Shown here: piece by piece, positions 7,402-16,057 of the stretch
Numbering within the stretch: the stretch's first letter is position 1
Layout of the letters: the number at the start of each line of letters is the position of its first letter
Assembly (NCBI GenBank): GCA_030689845.1
Contig: JAUYHV010000317.1
Span: 1 to 44,951, forward strand
Direction: 5' to 3'
Source: Dehalococcoidia bacterium
GTDB lineage: Bacteria; Chloroflexota; Dehalococcoidia; JACQUA01
Length of the DNA stretch: 44,951 nucleotides
Program-made: the position numbers and the translations under genes
Notes under the pieces: model-generated
Seen by the model: the letters and a program-made list of their open reading frames with translations, nothing else
Databases searched by the model: none
What the model was told of the DNA's origin: nothing

Positions 7402-9935
7402 CATTTGGTATAACCGCAACCCGGGCATTTATGACATCCTTCCTGGAATACCAGAAGGCTGCCGCAGTCAGGGCACTGGCCGGCGGTGTTCCCGGAAAGG
7501 TCGGTGTATTTAGCAGCCGGGGCTGTTTTCGTGTCACCCCCGTAGTGTTTTTCCAGGACGCTTCCTATAGCATCGGCACATGAGAGGACAGCATGTCCCC
7601 CTTCCCAGGAAATAGACGGGCAACGTATGCCCCTCAGGTTTTTTACAATGGAGGCGGGGTTTATCCCGGAGCGGAGAGCAAGCGAAATCAGGCGAGCGGT
7701 CCCTTCCAGTTGAGCCGAGGCGCAGCCTCCGGCTTTACCAAGGCTGACGAAGAGTTCGAAAACCCCGTTTTCATCGAAGTTAATAGTAATATAGATATTG
7801 CCGCAGCCAGTGGTTACCTTTTCCGTCACGCCACGGGTTATCTTGGGGCGCTTCCGCGGCATGAGCTCACCGGGTTTTTCCACGGTGGATTTACCCGTAG
7901 TCAGGACCTGGTTGTCCCGGCAGCCGTCCCGATAAATAGTAATGCCTTTCAGTCCTTCCTGGTAAGCCTGGAGATATATTCGTGCTACGTCTTCCTCGGT
8001 TGCTTCGTGGGGCAGATTAACAGTTTTGGAAACCGCGTTATCCGTATGTTTCTGGAAAGCCGCCTGCATCCTGACGTGCCATTCCGGGGAAATATCATGG
8101 GCAGTTACGAAAACGTCCTTAACCCATTGCGGTATTCCTTCCATATCCCTCAAGAGGGCTCCCTGGGCGAGTTTCGACATCAGTTCAGCGGAGTAGAAAC
8201 CTTCCTTCCTGGCCACATCTTCAAAATAGGGGTTCACTTCTATTAACTCGTCGTTGTCCATGATATGACGGACATAGCTCAGGGCAAACAGGGGTTCGAT
8301 GCCGCTGGAACAACCGGCTATGATGCTCAAACTCCCTGTTGGAGCTATGGTGGTGCGTGTGGCGTTCCTGACTTTTAGCCCGTCTGATTTATCATAAACA
8401 CTCCCCTGGAAAGCAGGGAAAACGTCTCTTTCCCGGGCAAGTCCCACCGATGCCTGTGTTGCCTGCTCGTCAATGAAGCGCATAAGGTTTTCACCGAGGC
8501 TAAGGGATTCCTCGGAGTCATAAGGAATGCGCAATCTTATCAGCATGTCTGCAAATCCCATGACGCCAAGTCCTATTTTCCGGGTAGCCCTTGTCTTTTC
8601 CTTTATTTCTTCCAGGGGAAATTTGTTTACATCGATAACGTCATCCAGGAAACGGACTGCCGTCTCTACCGTGCTGCCCAGTTTGTCCCAGTCGACCACC
8701 AGATTGTCCTGCTTCTCTTTTAACATATGGGAAAGGTTGATGGAACCGAGGTTGCACGACTCGTAGGGTAGGAGGGGCTGTTCACCGCAGGGGTTAGTGC
8801 TTTCAATCGCTCCAAGGTGGGGAGTTGGGTTGCCTTCGTTGATGCGGTCTAAAAATATTATGCCGGGGTCTCCCGTTTTCCAGGCCATAGCTACAAGCTT
8901 GTTAAAAACCTCTTCGGCCTTGAGCTTTCCCGTCTCTTCCAGGGTCCTGGGGTTAATGAGAGGATATTCTTTACCTTTATTAACGGCCTGGATGAACTCC
9001 GAGTTCACTGCCACCGAAAGGTTGAAATTGGTAAGGGAGGTGAGATCTTCCTTAACTGTAATAAATCTTAATATGTCGGGATGGTTCACATTGAGGACCG
9101 CCATATTGGCTCCCCGCCGCATGCCGCCCTGTTTGATCACGTCCGTGGCAGTATCGAAAGCCCTGATAAAGGATACGGGCCCGCTGGCTACGCCTCCGGT
9201 TGAACCCACTTTGTCGCTTTCCGGCCGTAGGCGGCTGAAGGAAAATCCTGTGCCTCCACCGCTTTTATGTATCAAAGCCGTATATTTTACGGCATTGAAA
9301 ATAGATTCCATAGAGTCCTCGATGGGCAGGACGAAACAGGCTGATAACTGTCCGAGTTCCCTGGCGGCATTCATTAAAGTGGGAGAATTGGGAAGAAAAT
9401 CCATCCGGGCCATGACGTTGTAAAACTCCCTTTCCCAGGCTGCTACATCCGTCAAAGGGCTGTAAAGCAGTTCCGCTTTGGCTACGTACCCTGCCACGCG
9501 CATAAGCATTCCCCCGGGGGTTTCGGTGATGTTCCCTTTCTTGTCTTTTAAAAGATACCTCCTCTCGAGCACAGTTATGGCATTGGGAGTGAGGGAAGGC
9601 GGCATGTTTTCGTCATTGGCCTGGGGAAGAGGGGCAGGTGAAGGCGGTTCTGGAAGGTCTTTCCCCGCCAGGATTTCTTTAATAATATTTTCCAATTCCG
9701 TGTCTGAGGGAAGAGATTCCCTTTTTGCTTTCTGGGGAGGTACGAGGTGTTCCATGCCGGGAAACGGTTTGCTGTGCTCCGGCCTCTGTATCATCTGGTT
9801 GATTATCCCTTCGAGGACGGTCCTGTCGGAGATGCCCATGGCAGCCCCCTTGGAGAAGACAATCTGGGCAATCTTGGCCGGGTCTATACTATTTTGCTGG
9901 TTCTGGCCGTCCTTATTTTTATTGGTGTACGGCAT
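7398..9935 (-). CDS. nrdJ: Adenosylcobalamin-dependent (class II) ribonucleotide reductase
   Basis: Motifs LTPNAITVLERRYL and active-site TNPCGEQPLLPYESCNLGSINL, plus a C-terminal zinc ribbon CPDCGS...CHKCPGCGYTKC. No nrdB partner is present and the gene follows nrdR. GGAGGAGG Shine-Dalgarno before the ATG at 9935. The stop codon overlaps the stop of the convergent DUF362 gene. Confidence 0.9.
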   Translation of the reverse strand: MPYTNKNKDGQNQQNSIDPAKIAQIVFSKGAAMGISDRTVLEGIINQMIQRPEHSKPFPGMEHLVPPQKAKRESLPSDTELENIIKEILAGKDLPEPPSPAPLPQANDENMPPSLTPNAITVLERRYLLKDKKGNITETPGGMLMRVAGYVAKAELLYSPLTDVAAWEREFYNVMARMDFLPNSPTLMNAARELGQLSACFVLPIEDSMESIFNAVKYTALIHKSGGGTGFSFSRLRPESDKVGSTGGVASGPVSFIRAFDTATDVIKQGGMRRGANMAVLNVNHPDILRFITVKEDLTSLTNFNLSVAVNSEFIQAVNKGKEYPLINPRTLEETGKLKAEEVFNKLVAMAWKTGDPGIIFLDRINEGNPTPHLGAIESTNPCGEQPLLPYESCNLGSINLSHMLKEKQDNLVVDWDKLGSTVETAVRFLDDVIDVNKFPLEEIKEKTRATRKIGLGVMGFADMLIRLRIPYDSEESLSLGENLMRFIDEQATQASVGLARERDVFPAFQGSVYDKSDGLKVRNATRTTIAPTGSLSIIAGCSSGIEPLFALSYVRHIMDNDELIEVNPYFEDVARKEGFYSAELMSKLAQGALLRDMEGIPQWVKDVFVTAHDISPEWHVRMQAAFQKHTDNAVSKTVNLPHEATEEDVARIYLQAYQEGLKGITIYRDGCRDNQVLTTGKSTVEKPGELMPRKRPKITRGVTEKVTTGCGNIYITINFDENGVFELFVSLGKAGGCASAQLEGTARLISLALRSGINPASIVKNLRGIRCPSISWEGGHAVLSCADAIGSVLEKHYGGDTKTAPAAKYTDLSGNTAGQCPDCGSLLVFQEGCHKCPGCGYTKC

Positions 9936-9977
9936 TCTCTCCTCCTCCGATTGAATTTAAAACTTATACGCTGATAA

Positions 9978-10505
9978 CTAAGCGGGAATCCCTGCTTTTC
10001 TTTCACTTTCAACGCCGTCCATTAAGGGCAACTGGCTCTCCCTGTTTCTTTTCCTGGCGTTGCTTTTAATCAGACCGTCAACGGCCTGTTTCAGGCTGTG
10101 GATATCGGAAAATTGCCGGCAGACGCTGGCAAAACGGATAAAGGCTACTTCATCCAGGTCCTTCAGCCGTTCCATTACCTTGTCACCGATAAGGGAGCTG
10201 GAAACCTCGGCTCTTCCCAGGTGAAACAGTTCCGATTCTATGTCATCGACTATTTTCTCCATGGTTCCTGTGGGCAGGGGTCGTTTCTCGCAGGCTTTCC
10301 GAAGTCCTGTAGCCAGTTTCTCCCGGTTGAACTCCTCCCTCCTGCCGTCCTTTTTACTGACATACAATGCCCGGGATTCCATGCGCTCGTAGGTAGTAAA
10401 ACGGGCATTACAGCCCAAGCACTGCCGGCGGCGGCGAATGGATTCTTTTAAGCTGCGGGAGTCCAGTACCCTGGAGTCCTCATGGCTGCAAAAAGGACAT
10501 TTCAT
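9978..10505 (-). CDS. nrdR: Transcriptional repressor NrdR
   Basis: N-terminal zinc ribbon MKCPFCSHEDSRVLDSR...CLGC followed by an ATP-cone (VSKKDGRREEFNREKL). Confidence 0.93.
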   Translation of the reverse strand: MKCPFCSHEDSRVLDSRSLKESIRRRRQCLGCNARFTTYERMESRALYVSKKDGRREEFNREKLATGLRKACEKRPLPTGTMEKIVDDIESELFHLGRAEVSSSLIGDKVMERLKDLDEVAFIRFASVCRQFSDIHSLKQAVDGLIKSNARKRNRESQLPLMDGVESERKAGIPA

Positions 10506-10528
10506 TTTGCGTTATCCACCCTACAAAA

Positions 10529-10575
10529 CCACAGGATATAGTATTATGACCATAAGATAGCACAACCAATAGTTT
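10529..10575. promoter_or_regulatory. Two candidate NrdR boxes spaced 31 bp apart
   Basis: CCACAGGATATAGTAT at 10529-10544 matches 12/16 positions, and GCACAACCAATAGTTT at 10560-10575 matches 11/16, against my recollection of the consensus acaCwAtATaTwGtgt. The 31-bp spacing matches the usual tandem arrangement. Confidence 0.35.
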
Positions 10576-10594
10576 GTTGTCAATCCCCATAAAA

Positions 10595-10630
10595 TGAAAA
10601 GGCTACTCTTTTTTACGAGTAGCCTTTTCA
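10595..10630 (-). terminator. Rho-independent terminator after ftsZ (bidirectional hairpin)
   Basis: 10-bp stem AAGGCTACTC/GAGTAGCCTT. On the minus strand it is followed by TTTTCATTTT. Confidence 0.6.
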
Positions 10631-10657
10631 AGCATTATTCTTTTTACGGGTTTCTAT

Positions 10658-11788
10658 TCAGTTGCCTGGAGCTCCGCGGTTGAGCGCACTTTTCATGGCT
10701 TCAGCCATAGCCTGCTTGCGGTGGTGGGATGGGGGCATCCGCAGGAAGGCAGGTACATCCAGGGTGCTCTCGTCTTTGAGACTCTGAGTTAAAGCCTGTC
10801 TGATCTCCTGTTCCTTGGGCTTGCTCATAGGGCCGCGTTTCTGCATGAATCCTGTGGCTATCAGGGTTATCTTGACGTCTTCGTCCATGTTGGGATCGAA
10901 ATTGACGCCGAAAATAATGTTAGCCGCAGGGTCGACGGCCTTGGCGATGATATCGGCAGCTTCCCGTACTTCATGGAGCATTAAGCTGCTGCCGCCTGAG
11001 ACTGTGAAGACCACCCCTTTGGCGCCCTCGATAGAGCAGTCCAGCAAGGGACTGGAAATAGCGGCTTTAGCGGCATCCACGGCACGGTTCTGGCCTGCAG
11101 CGTGTCCAATAGACATCCAGGCCGGTCCGGCATCCTTCATAATGGATTTAACGTCGGCGAAATCGAGGTTAATCATGCCGGGAACGGTGATGACTTCGGC
11201 GATGGACTGCACACCCTGTCTCAGGGCATCGTCTGCCATTTTAAAAGCGCTGTCAACGCTCACCTTGCTGTCGCAAAGTTGAAGCAGCCTATCGTTGGGA
11301 ACGATAATAAGGGTATCAACGTGACCAACGAGTTTTTCCAGGCCGTCCTCGGCGACATCGCGGCGGTGCACGCCCTCAAAAGTAAAGGGCCGTGTTACAA
11401 CGGCAATGGTTAATGCGCCGACATCCCGGGATATCTCCGCTATGACTGGTGCTCCTCCGGTGCCTGTGCCGCCGCCCATGCCGGCGGCGATAAATACCAT
11501 GTCGGCACCTTTCAACAAGTCTTTTATATCGTCGCGGGATTCCTCGGTTGCCTTGGAACCTGTGTTGTTATCTCCGCCGGACCCGAGACCTTTTGTGCAT
11601 TTTTCGCCAAGTTGAACGACGTTGGGAGCCAGGCAAAGCATCAATGCCTGGGCATCGGTGTTAGCCTGGATGAAATCGACGCCATGGATATCGGCCTGGA
11701 TCATGCGGTTTACGGCATTGCAGCCTGCGCCGCCTACACCAATTACCTTTATTTTAGCCGGGCTGGGAACAAAATTTTGTTTTGCCAT
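10658..11788 (-). CDS. ftsZ: Cell division GTPase FtsZ
   Basis: Tubulin signature GGGTGTGGAPVIA and IKVIGVGGAGCNAVNRM. GAGGAGG Shine-Dalgarno sequence. Confidence 0.97.
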   Translation of the reverse strand: MAKQNFVPSPAKIKVIGVGGAGCNAVNRMIQADIHGVDFIQANTDAQALMLCLAPNVVQLGEKCTKGLGSGGDNNTGSKATEESRDDIKDLLKGADMVFIAAGMGGGTGTGGAPVIAEISRDVGALTIAVVTRPFTFEGVHRRDVAEDGLEKLVGHVDTLIIVPNDRLLQLCDSKVSVDSAFKMADDALRQGVQSIAEVITVPGMINLDFADVKSIMKDAGPAWMSIGHAAGQNRAVDAAKAAISSPLLDCSIEGAKGVVFTVSGGSSLMLHEVREAADIIAKAVDPAANIIFGVNFDPNMDEDVKITLIATGFMQKRGPMSKPKEQEIRQALTQSLKDESTLDVPAFLRMPPSHHRKQAMAEAMKSALNRGAPGN

Positions 11789-11805
11789 TTTTCCTCCTCT
11801 CTACC

Positions 11806-13050
11806 TTATTTATTAAGTAAACGACGAATTGGGGATAAAACTTTTCTGGCTATTACAGCCGTTCTTGTTCTGGCGAAGGGTCGTGGCTGCTTGGTCTCGT
11901 CCTTGCTGTGGTTAACGCCCCAGAGGAGTAAACCGACTACGGTGGAATAGGCAGGGTCATAGAGAATGTCGGAGAGACCGGCCATACCCGTTGGCGCTCC
12001 AACCCTTACGGGCATATTCAGGATTTCTTGGGCCAATATCTCAATTCCAGGTATGTTTGACGAGCCGCCCGTGAGGACCAGTCCGGCAGGTATGAGGCTG
12101 GAGTAGTCCGAAGGGGGAAGTTCCATGGGTATAAGGCGGATTATTTCCTCGATCCTGGCCCGGATTATTTCGTCCATGTCGTTGCGCAGGATAGTTTGTC
12201 CGTCTCCGATACCGAGACCGGTGTTTTCTATGCCTTCGTTCTCCTTGATGGTCCTGTAATTGAGGTTGGCGTGTTTCTTTTTTAACTCTTCGGCTACGTT
12301 GAAGGGAATGCCCAGGCCGATAGCGATATCCCTGGTAACCTGGTAGCCGCCCACGGGAAGGACCGACGTATGCCAGATGCTGCCATCCTTGAATACCGAG
12401 ATATCTGTGGTTCCGCCGCCGATATCCGCTAATATCACTCCGGCGTCCTTTTCGTCTGCTCTCAAGCAGGCTTCAGCGCTGGCAAGGGGTTCCAGTACCA
12501 GGTCTACTACCTCTATATTTATGGCCCGAATGCATTTCACCACATTTTGAACGGCAGTAGCTGCCGCTGTAATAATGTGGGCGTCAACGTCCAGTCTGAA
12601 TCCATGGAGACCGATGGGATTCTTTACGCCTACATTACCGTCGAGAATAAACTGGCGGGGGATTACATGGAGTAACTGGCGGTCTCCTGCAACTTCAATA
12701 CTTTTAGCGGCTGACATAACCCGGTCCAGGTCGTCATGAGCAACGAGTTTATCCGAACGGGAAATCGCCACTGCGCTCCGGTTGTTAAGACTGTTCACGT
12801 GACGGCCTGTAACCCCTACGTAGGCTGATTCGATTTTCATTCCGCTGGAATGTTCTGCTTTTCGTACAGCCTCTTTAATGGCTACTTTGGCCTCATCGAT
12901 GTTGACCACGATACCTTTTTGCACTCCCCTGGTAGCGGAAACTCCAACTCCAAGGACGCGCATGGTATAGTTATCTTTAACGGTTGCCAGAACGGCAACC
13001 GTTTTGGTGGTTCCAACATCAATTGCAGCAAATATGTTTTTTTGGCTCAT
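11806..13050 (-). CDS. ftsA: Cell division protein FtsA (actin-like ATPase)
   Basis: Motifs AIDVGTTKTVAV and ADIGGGTTDISVF. GGAGGAGG Shine-Dalgarno sequence. Immediately upstream of ftsZ. Confidence 0.93.
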   Translation of the reverse strand: MSQKNIFAAIDVGTTKTVAVLATVKDNYTMRVLGVGVSATRGVQKGIVVNIDEAKVAIKEAVRKAEHSSGMKIESAYVGVTGRHVNSLNNRSAVAISRSDKLVAHDDLDRVMSAAKSIEVAGDRQLLHVIPRQFILDGNVGVKNPIGLHGFRLDVDAHIITAAATAVQNVVKCIRAINIEVVDLVLEPLASAEACLRADEKDAGVILADIGGGTTDISVFKDGSIWHTSVLPVGGYQVTRDIAIGLGIPFNVAEELKKKHANLNYRTIKENEGIENTGLGIGDGQTILRNDMDEIIRARIEEIIRLIPMELPPSDYSSLIPAGLVLTGGSSNIPGIEILAQEILNMPVRVGAPTGMAGLSDILYDPAYSTVVGLLLWGVNHSKDETKQPRPFARTRTAVIARKVLSPIRRLLNK

Positions 13051-13332
13051 TTACCTCCTCCTTATATATTTTTTTTAGTAAACGAAAATGAATGAGAAAT
13101 TATTGCCGGCAATGATCACCTCCTTCTTTTCCAGCACCTTCCATCCCCTTTTTCCCACACTGGGAAAATAATGCCGTCCCGCAGTTTTTGGCATGGTTTT
13201 CAAGGGCTCCACTCCTTTCAAACTTACCGCCGGACGACGCTATATTCCGTTGTTCTACCCGCATGGTATACAAAACTTTTTTTCCATAAGGTAGTTTTTT
13301 CCTGTAATTTCCTCCTTTGCCAGGGAGAAAAT

Positions 13333-13773
13333 TTATGGAACTATTCCTCCTGTGCTGGGATGCGTTATCTTTAACCAAACTAATTTATTGGACTGGGTTG
13401 AAAAAGCATTGTCAAAAGTTACCTGGTAATATCCCTTGGCCGCGGCGACAAATGCGAAGGCGCCGGTGTCCGTGGCCCTTTTCTTTTCCATTATGAGGTT
13501 GCCCACAGGATCCTGGACCATGAAATCAATGTCATGTTCGCCTCCCATAATATTGAAAGAGGCCTCGATGCTGTCTTTTGGTTCGGTCCTGATGTAAAGG
13601 GTGTACGTTTTTCCGGCTCCGACAGGAAATGTTTTTGCGTCGGTTACCATGGAAGGCCCCGAATTGGAAACGGCATCGCTCTTCCTGGAACAAGCCGAAA
13701 GGGGTATCAACAAGACAATTAATATTAATAAGACAAGTATTTTTTGGTAGGTTTTGCTCTTAAACAATTCCAT
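13333..13773 (-). CDS. Hypothetical lipoprotein with a GOLD/emp24-like beta-sandwich pattern
   Basis: Signal peptide plus lipobox LLIPLSAC. The segment DIDFMVQDPVGN...GAFAFVAAAKGYYQVTFDNAFSTQSNKLVWLKI resembles the p24/GOLD signature (G.Y.fcF.N..s...K.v). CAGGAG Shine-Dalgarno sequence. Confidence 0.55.
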   Translation of the reverse strand: MELFKSKTYQKILVLLILIVLLIPLSACSRKSDAVSNSGPSMVTDAKTFPVGAGKTYTLYIRTEPKDSIEASFNIMGGEHDIDFMVQDPVGNLIMEKKRATDTGAFAFVAAAKGYYQVTFDNAFSTQSNKLVWLKITHPSTGGIVP

Positions 13774-13799
13774 AAACTACTCCTGTTTCCCAAAACACT

Positions 13800-14735
13800 C
13801 TACAGTTTTTCCGCTATCCTCAGACGGGCACTGCGACTGCGATGATTAATAAAAACCTCCTCCGGCTTTGGTCTGATAACCTTTTTGTTTACTGATTTTA
13901 AGGTGGCCGAATGATGACAGACGCATTCAATTACCACCGGCGGACATACACAATCCCGGGATTCCCGGGAAAGGAATGTTTTCACAATTTTGTCCTCAAG
14001 GGAATGATAGCTGATTACCACCAGCCGTCCCCCTTTATCCAGGATATTTACCGCCTGGGGGAGAAAGTAATGTAAATTTTCCAATTCCTGATTTGTTGCA
14101 ATCCTCAAAGCCTGGAAAGTTTTCGTTGCCGGGTGCAGGTGACCGCGAAAATTACCGTATACTTTTTCTATAGCCTGTACCAGGCGGCCTGTATCTGTTA
14201 TGGGCCGGTGATCGATAATGCTTTTTACTATCTTTTTCGCTAACGGCTCCTCGCCATATTCGTGGATAATCCTGAACAGCTCGTTTTCCGTTGCAGTATT
14301 GACCAGGTCCCCGGCTGAAATATCCTGTTCCGGGTTGAAACGCATATCCAGGGGAGAAGCCCCCTGGAAACTGAATCCCCTGGATGAACTCAACTGCAGG
14401 GAAGACATTCCCAGGTCTAACAGGATCCCTTGAACCGGGACGAAATCATTGAGTTCTGCAATACCTTTCAATGTAGAAAAATTGCCGTGTACCAGGGTAA
14501 TCGCTTCTTCAAACCGTGCTAATCGTTTCTTTGCAATTGATAATGCCTCGGGGTCGGTGTCTATTCCCAGGATTTGACCGCCGGGGGTAATTGCCTCAAG
14601 GATGGCATAAGTGTGACCCCCTGTTCCGACCGTACCATCGATAATTCGACTCCCCTTCGACAAATTGAGGGCTTCCAGAGTCTCCTTCAGAAGCACGGGG
14701 CTGTGCAGTTGCGGCTCCATAAAAGTAACGCTCAT
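13800..14735 (-). CDS. rsmH: 16S rRNA (cytosine1402-N4)-methyltransferase RsmH
   Basis: Motifs DGTVGTGGHT, LLDLGMSSLQL and ISYHSLEDKIVK. I prefer the ATG at 14735, which forms an ATGA overlap with the mraZ stop. The ORF-track start at 14780 would overlap mraZ by 49 nt. Confidence 0.92.
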   Translation of the reverse strand: MSVTFMEPQLHSPVLLKETLEALNLSKGSRIIDGTVGTGGHTYAILEAITPGGQILGIDTDPEALSIAKKRLARFEEAITLVHGNFSTLKGIAELNDFVPVQGILLDLGMSSLQLSSSRGFSFQGASPLDMRFNPEQDISAGDLVNTATENELFRIIHEYGEEPLAKKIVKSIIDHRPITDTGRLVQAIEKVYGNFRGHLHPATKTFQALRIATNQELENLHYFLPQAVNILDKGGRLVVISYHSLEDKIVKTFLSRESRDCVCPPVVIECVCHHSATLKSVNKKVIRPKPEEVFINHRSRSARLRIAEKL

Positions 14736-15169
14736 CTCTGGTTTCGCTGTTCCGATTCCAGCTTTTCTGTTATTTGCCACATATTTTCATTCGCAGCGGT
14801 GGTCTGGTCGCGCCATTTTTCGGGGTTCCACAGTTCAATATAACGCTCCTGTCCGATCGTTACGACATCGTCCCCTATCCCGGCAAACTGGCGCAGTATC
14901 GAAGGAACAGCTATACGCCCGGTGCGGTCAAGTTCCAGAGGGTAGGCTCCGCTGTAAGCAAAGCGACGGTAAATGCGGTTGTCATTAGTATCGGGTAATG
15001 CGGATATCTTTGCCGTTACTTTTTCCCATTCAGAAACGGTATAAATGCGGATACACTTATCCACATTTTTAGTGATAACCATGCCTTCCTGTAATTCATC
15101 TCTGAATTTCGGGGGCAAAGGTACACGTCCCTTATCGTCGACCTTATAGCTGTATTCGCCTAATAACAT
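14732..15169 (-). CDS. mraZ: Transcriptional regulator MraZ
   Basis: Two SpoVT/AbrB-like repeats with DxxxR motifs (VDDKGRVPLPPKFR and LDRTGRIAVPSILR). Length 145 aa. Confidence 0.93.
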   Translation of the reverse strand: MLLGEYSYKVDDKGRVPLPPKFRDELQEGMVITKNVDKCIRIYTVSEWEKVTAKISALPDTNDNRIYRRFAYSGAYPLELDRTGRIAVPSILRQFAGIGDDVVTIGQERYIELWNPEKWRDQTTAANENMWQITEKLESEQRNQR

Positions 15170-15222
15170 TTGCTGCCGAAATCTTTTAAGTTAACTGTTA
15201 TTAACCTCTGAAAGGAGGTTTT

Positions 15223-15396
15223 TTATATCCTGGGTTTTTCTTTTGCCCTGGACCACAGGACACCGAACCCCAACGCGATTATCACCGCAAACGGCCAGTA
15301 GGGGAAGTTAACCTCCATCTTGGCGCCAGGAGTGAATATGAGTACGAGACTGGCACTTACAAACATCCCGCATACAAAAGCGAAAATCGGTTTCAT
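15223..15396 (-). CDS. Small two-helix membrane protein (57 aa from the second ATG)
   Basis: MKPIFAFVCGMFVSASLVLIF...WPFAVIIALGFGVLW. AAGGAGG lies 8 nt before the ATG at 15396. The ORF-track start at 15414 lies upstream of this Shine-Dalgarno sequence. Confidence 0.5.
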   Translation of the reverse strand: MKPIFAFVCGMFVSASLVLIFTPGAKMEVNFPYWPFAVIIALGFGVLWSRAKEKPRI

Positions 15397-15433
15397 ATTT
15401 TGTACCTCCTTCATTGCTGATACTTATTTTTAT

Positions 15434-15709
15434 CTAAATAACCGCATTTTTGAGGCGGTTATTCGACTCGTCTTTTTGCCCCATTTTTTTCATTTTTACG
15501 GGTTCGGCCAGGAGCCAGGCTTTTTGCTGGGGAACATTAATGAAAAAAGCTACCGGATCACCACAACCGTCGCAGCTCTCCTCAACCAGACCGGAGAAAG
15601 AACTATCGACACTGGCAAACACACAGCCCGTATCGCATTTGGGGCACGGGGAAACTATATGCACCCTGTTGCCTAAACAATCGTAACAATTAATGCTAAA
15701 TGTATTCAT
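15434..15709 (-). CDS. Zinc-ribbon mini-protein, paralog 2 (91 aa)
   Basis: CYDCLGNRVHIVSPCPKC...CDGC...KAWLLAEPVKMK followed by a charged tail. Clear paralog of the upstream gene. Confidence 0.6.
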   Translation of the reverse strand: MNTFSINCYDCLGNRVHIVSPCPKCDTGCVFASVDSSFSGLVEESCDGCGDPVAFFINVPQQKAWLLAEPVKMKKMGQKDESNNRLKNAVI

Positions 15710-15720
15710 CGTTCTGCCTT

Positions 15721-16023
15721 TTAATCCAGCTTATGCCATTTTTTTGGGGGTACTGGTTCTTTTTGTTTGTTGTCCTTGGCATCTTTTCCTTCATTGCCCA
15801 CTTTCATCTCGACGGGTTCGGCCAGGAGCCATGCTTTGTGCTCGGGGACTAATACATAAAAGGCAGTATTTTCATTGCAGTCGCTGCATTGCTCCTGGAG
15901 GATACCGCAAAAAGCTCTATCCGCCGTTGCCATCAGAGTCCCGGTAAAACATTTGGGACAGCGTGCCACTACATGGACTCTGGCACCTAAACAGTCGTAA
16001 CAGGTGACGGATTTTAGCGACAT
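15721..16023 (-). CDS. Zinc-ribbon mini-protein, paralog 1 (100 aa)
   Basis: CYDCLGARVHVVARCPKC...CSDC...KAWLLAEPVEMK followed by a charged tail. GGGAGG Shine-Dalgarno 6 nt before the ATG. Confidence 0.6.
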   Translation of the reverse strand: MSLKSVTCYDCLGARVHVVARCPKCFTGTLMATADRAFCGILQEQCSDCNENTAFYVLVPEHKAWLLAEPVEMKVGNEGKDAKDNKQKEPVPPKKWHKLD

Positions 16024-16057
16024 ACAATCCTCCCGTTATAAATATTTATCATATATC

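Noticed and set aside
7593-9954. Long plus-strand ORFs (7593-8246, 8797-9423, 9478-9954), plus similar antisense ORFs elsewhere (296-769, 16306-16833, 17283-17912, 25735-26301, 27915-28409, 29832-30446, 32259-32852, 36397-36924, 39431-40060)
   Set aside because: All lie fully inside, and antisense to, genes with unambiguous conserved motifs. Their translations are low-complexity or Pro/Ser/Arg-rich shadow frames.
13100-13378. 92-aa minus-strand ORF in the gap between the lipoprotein gene and ftsA
   Set aside because: It has a TTG start without a Shine-Dalgarno sequence, overlaps the 3' end of the lipoprotein gene, and gives a basic low-complexity translation. The region is more likely the untranslated or promoter region for ftsA.
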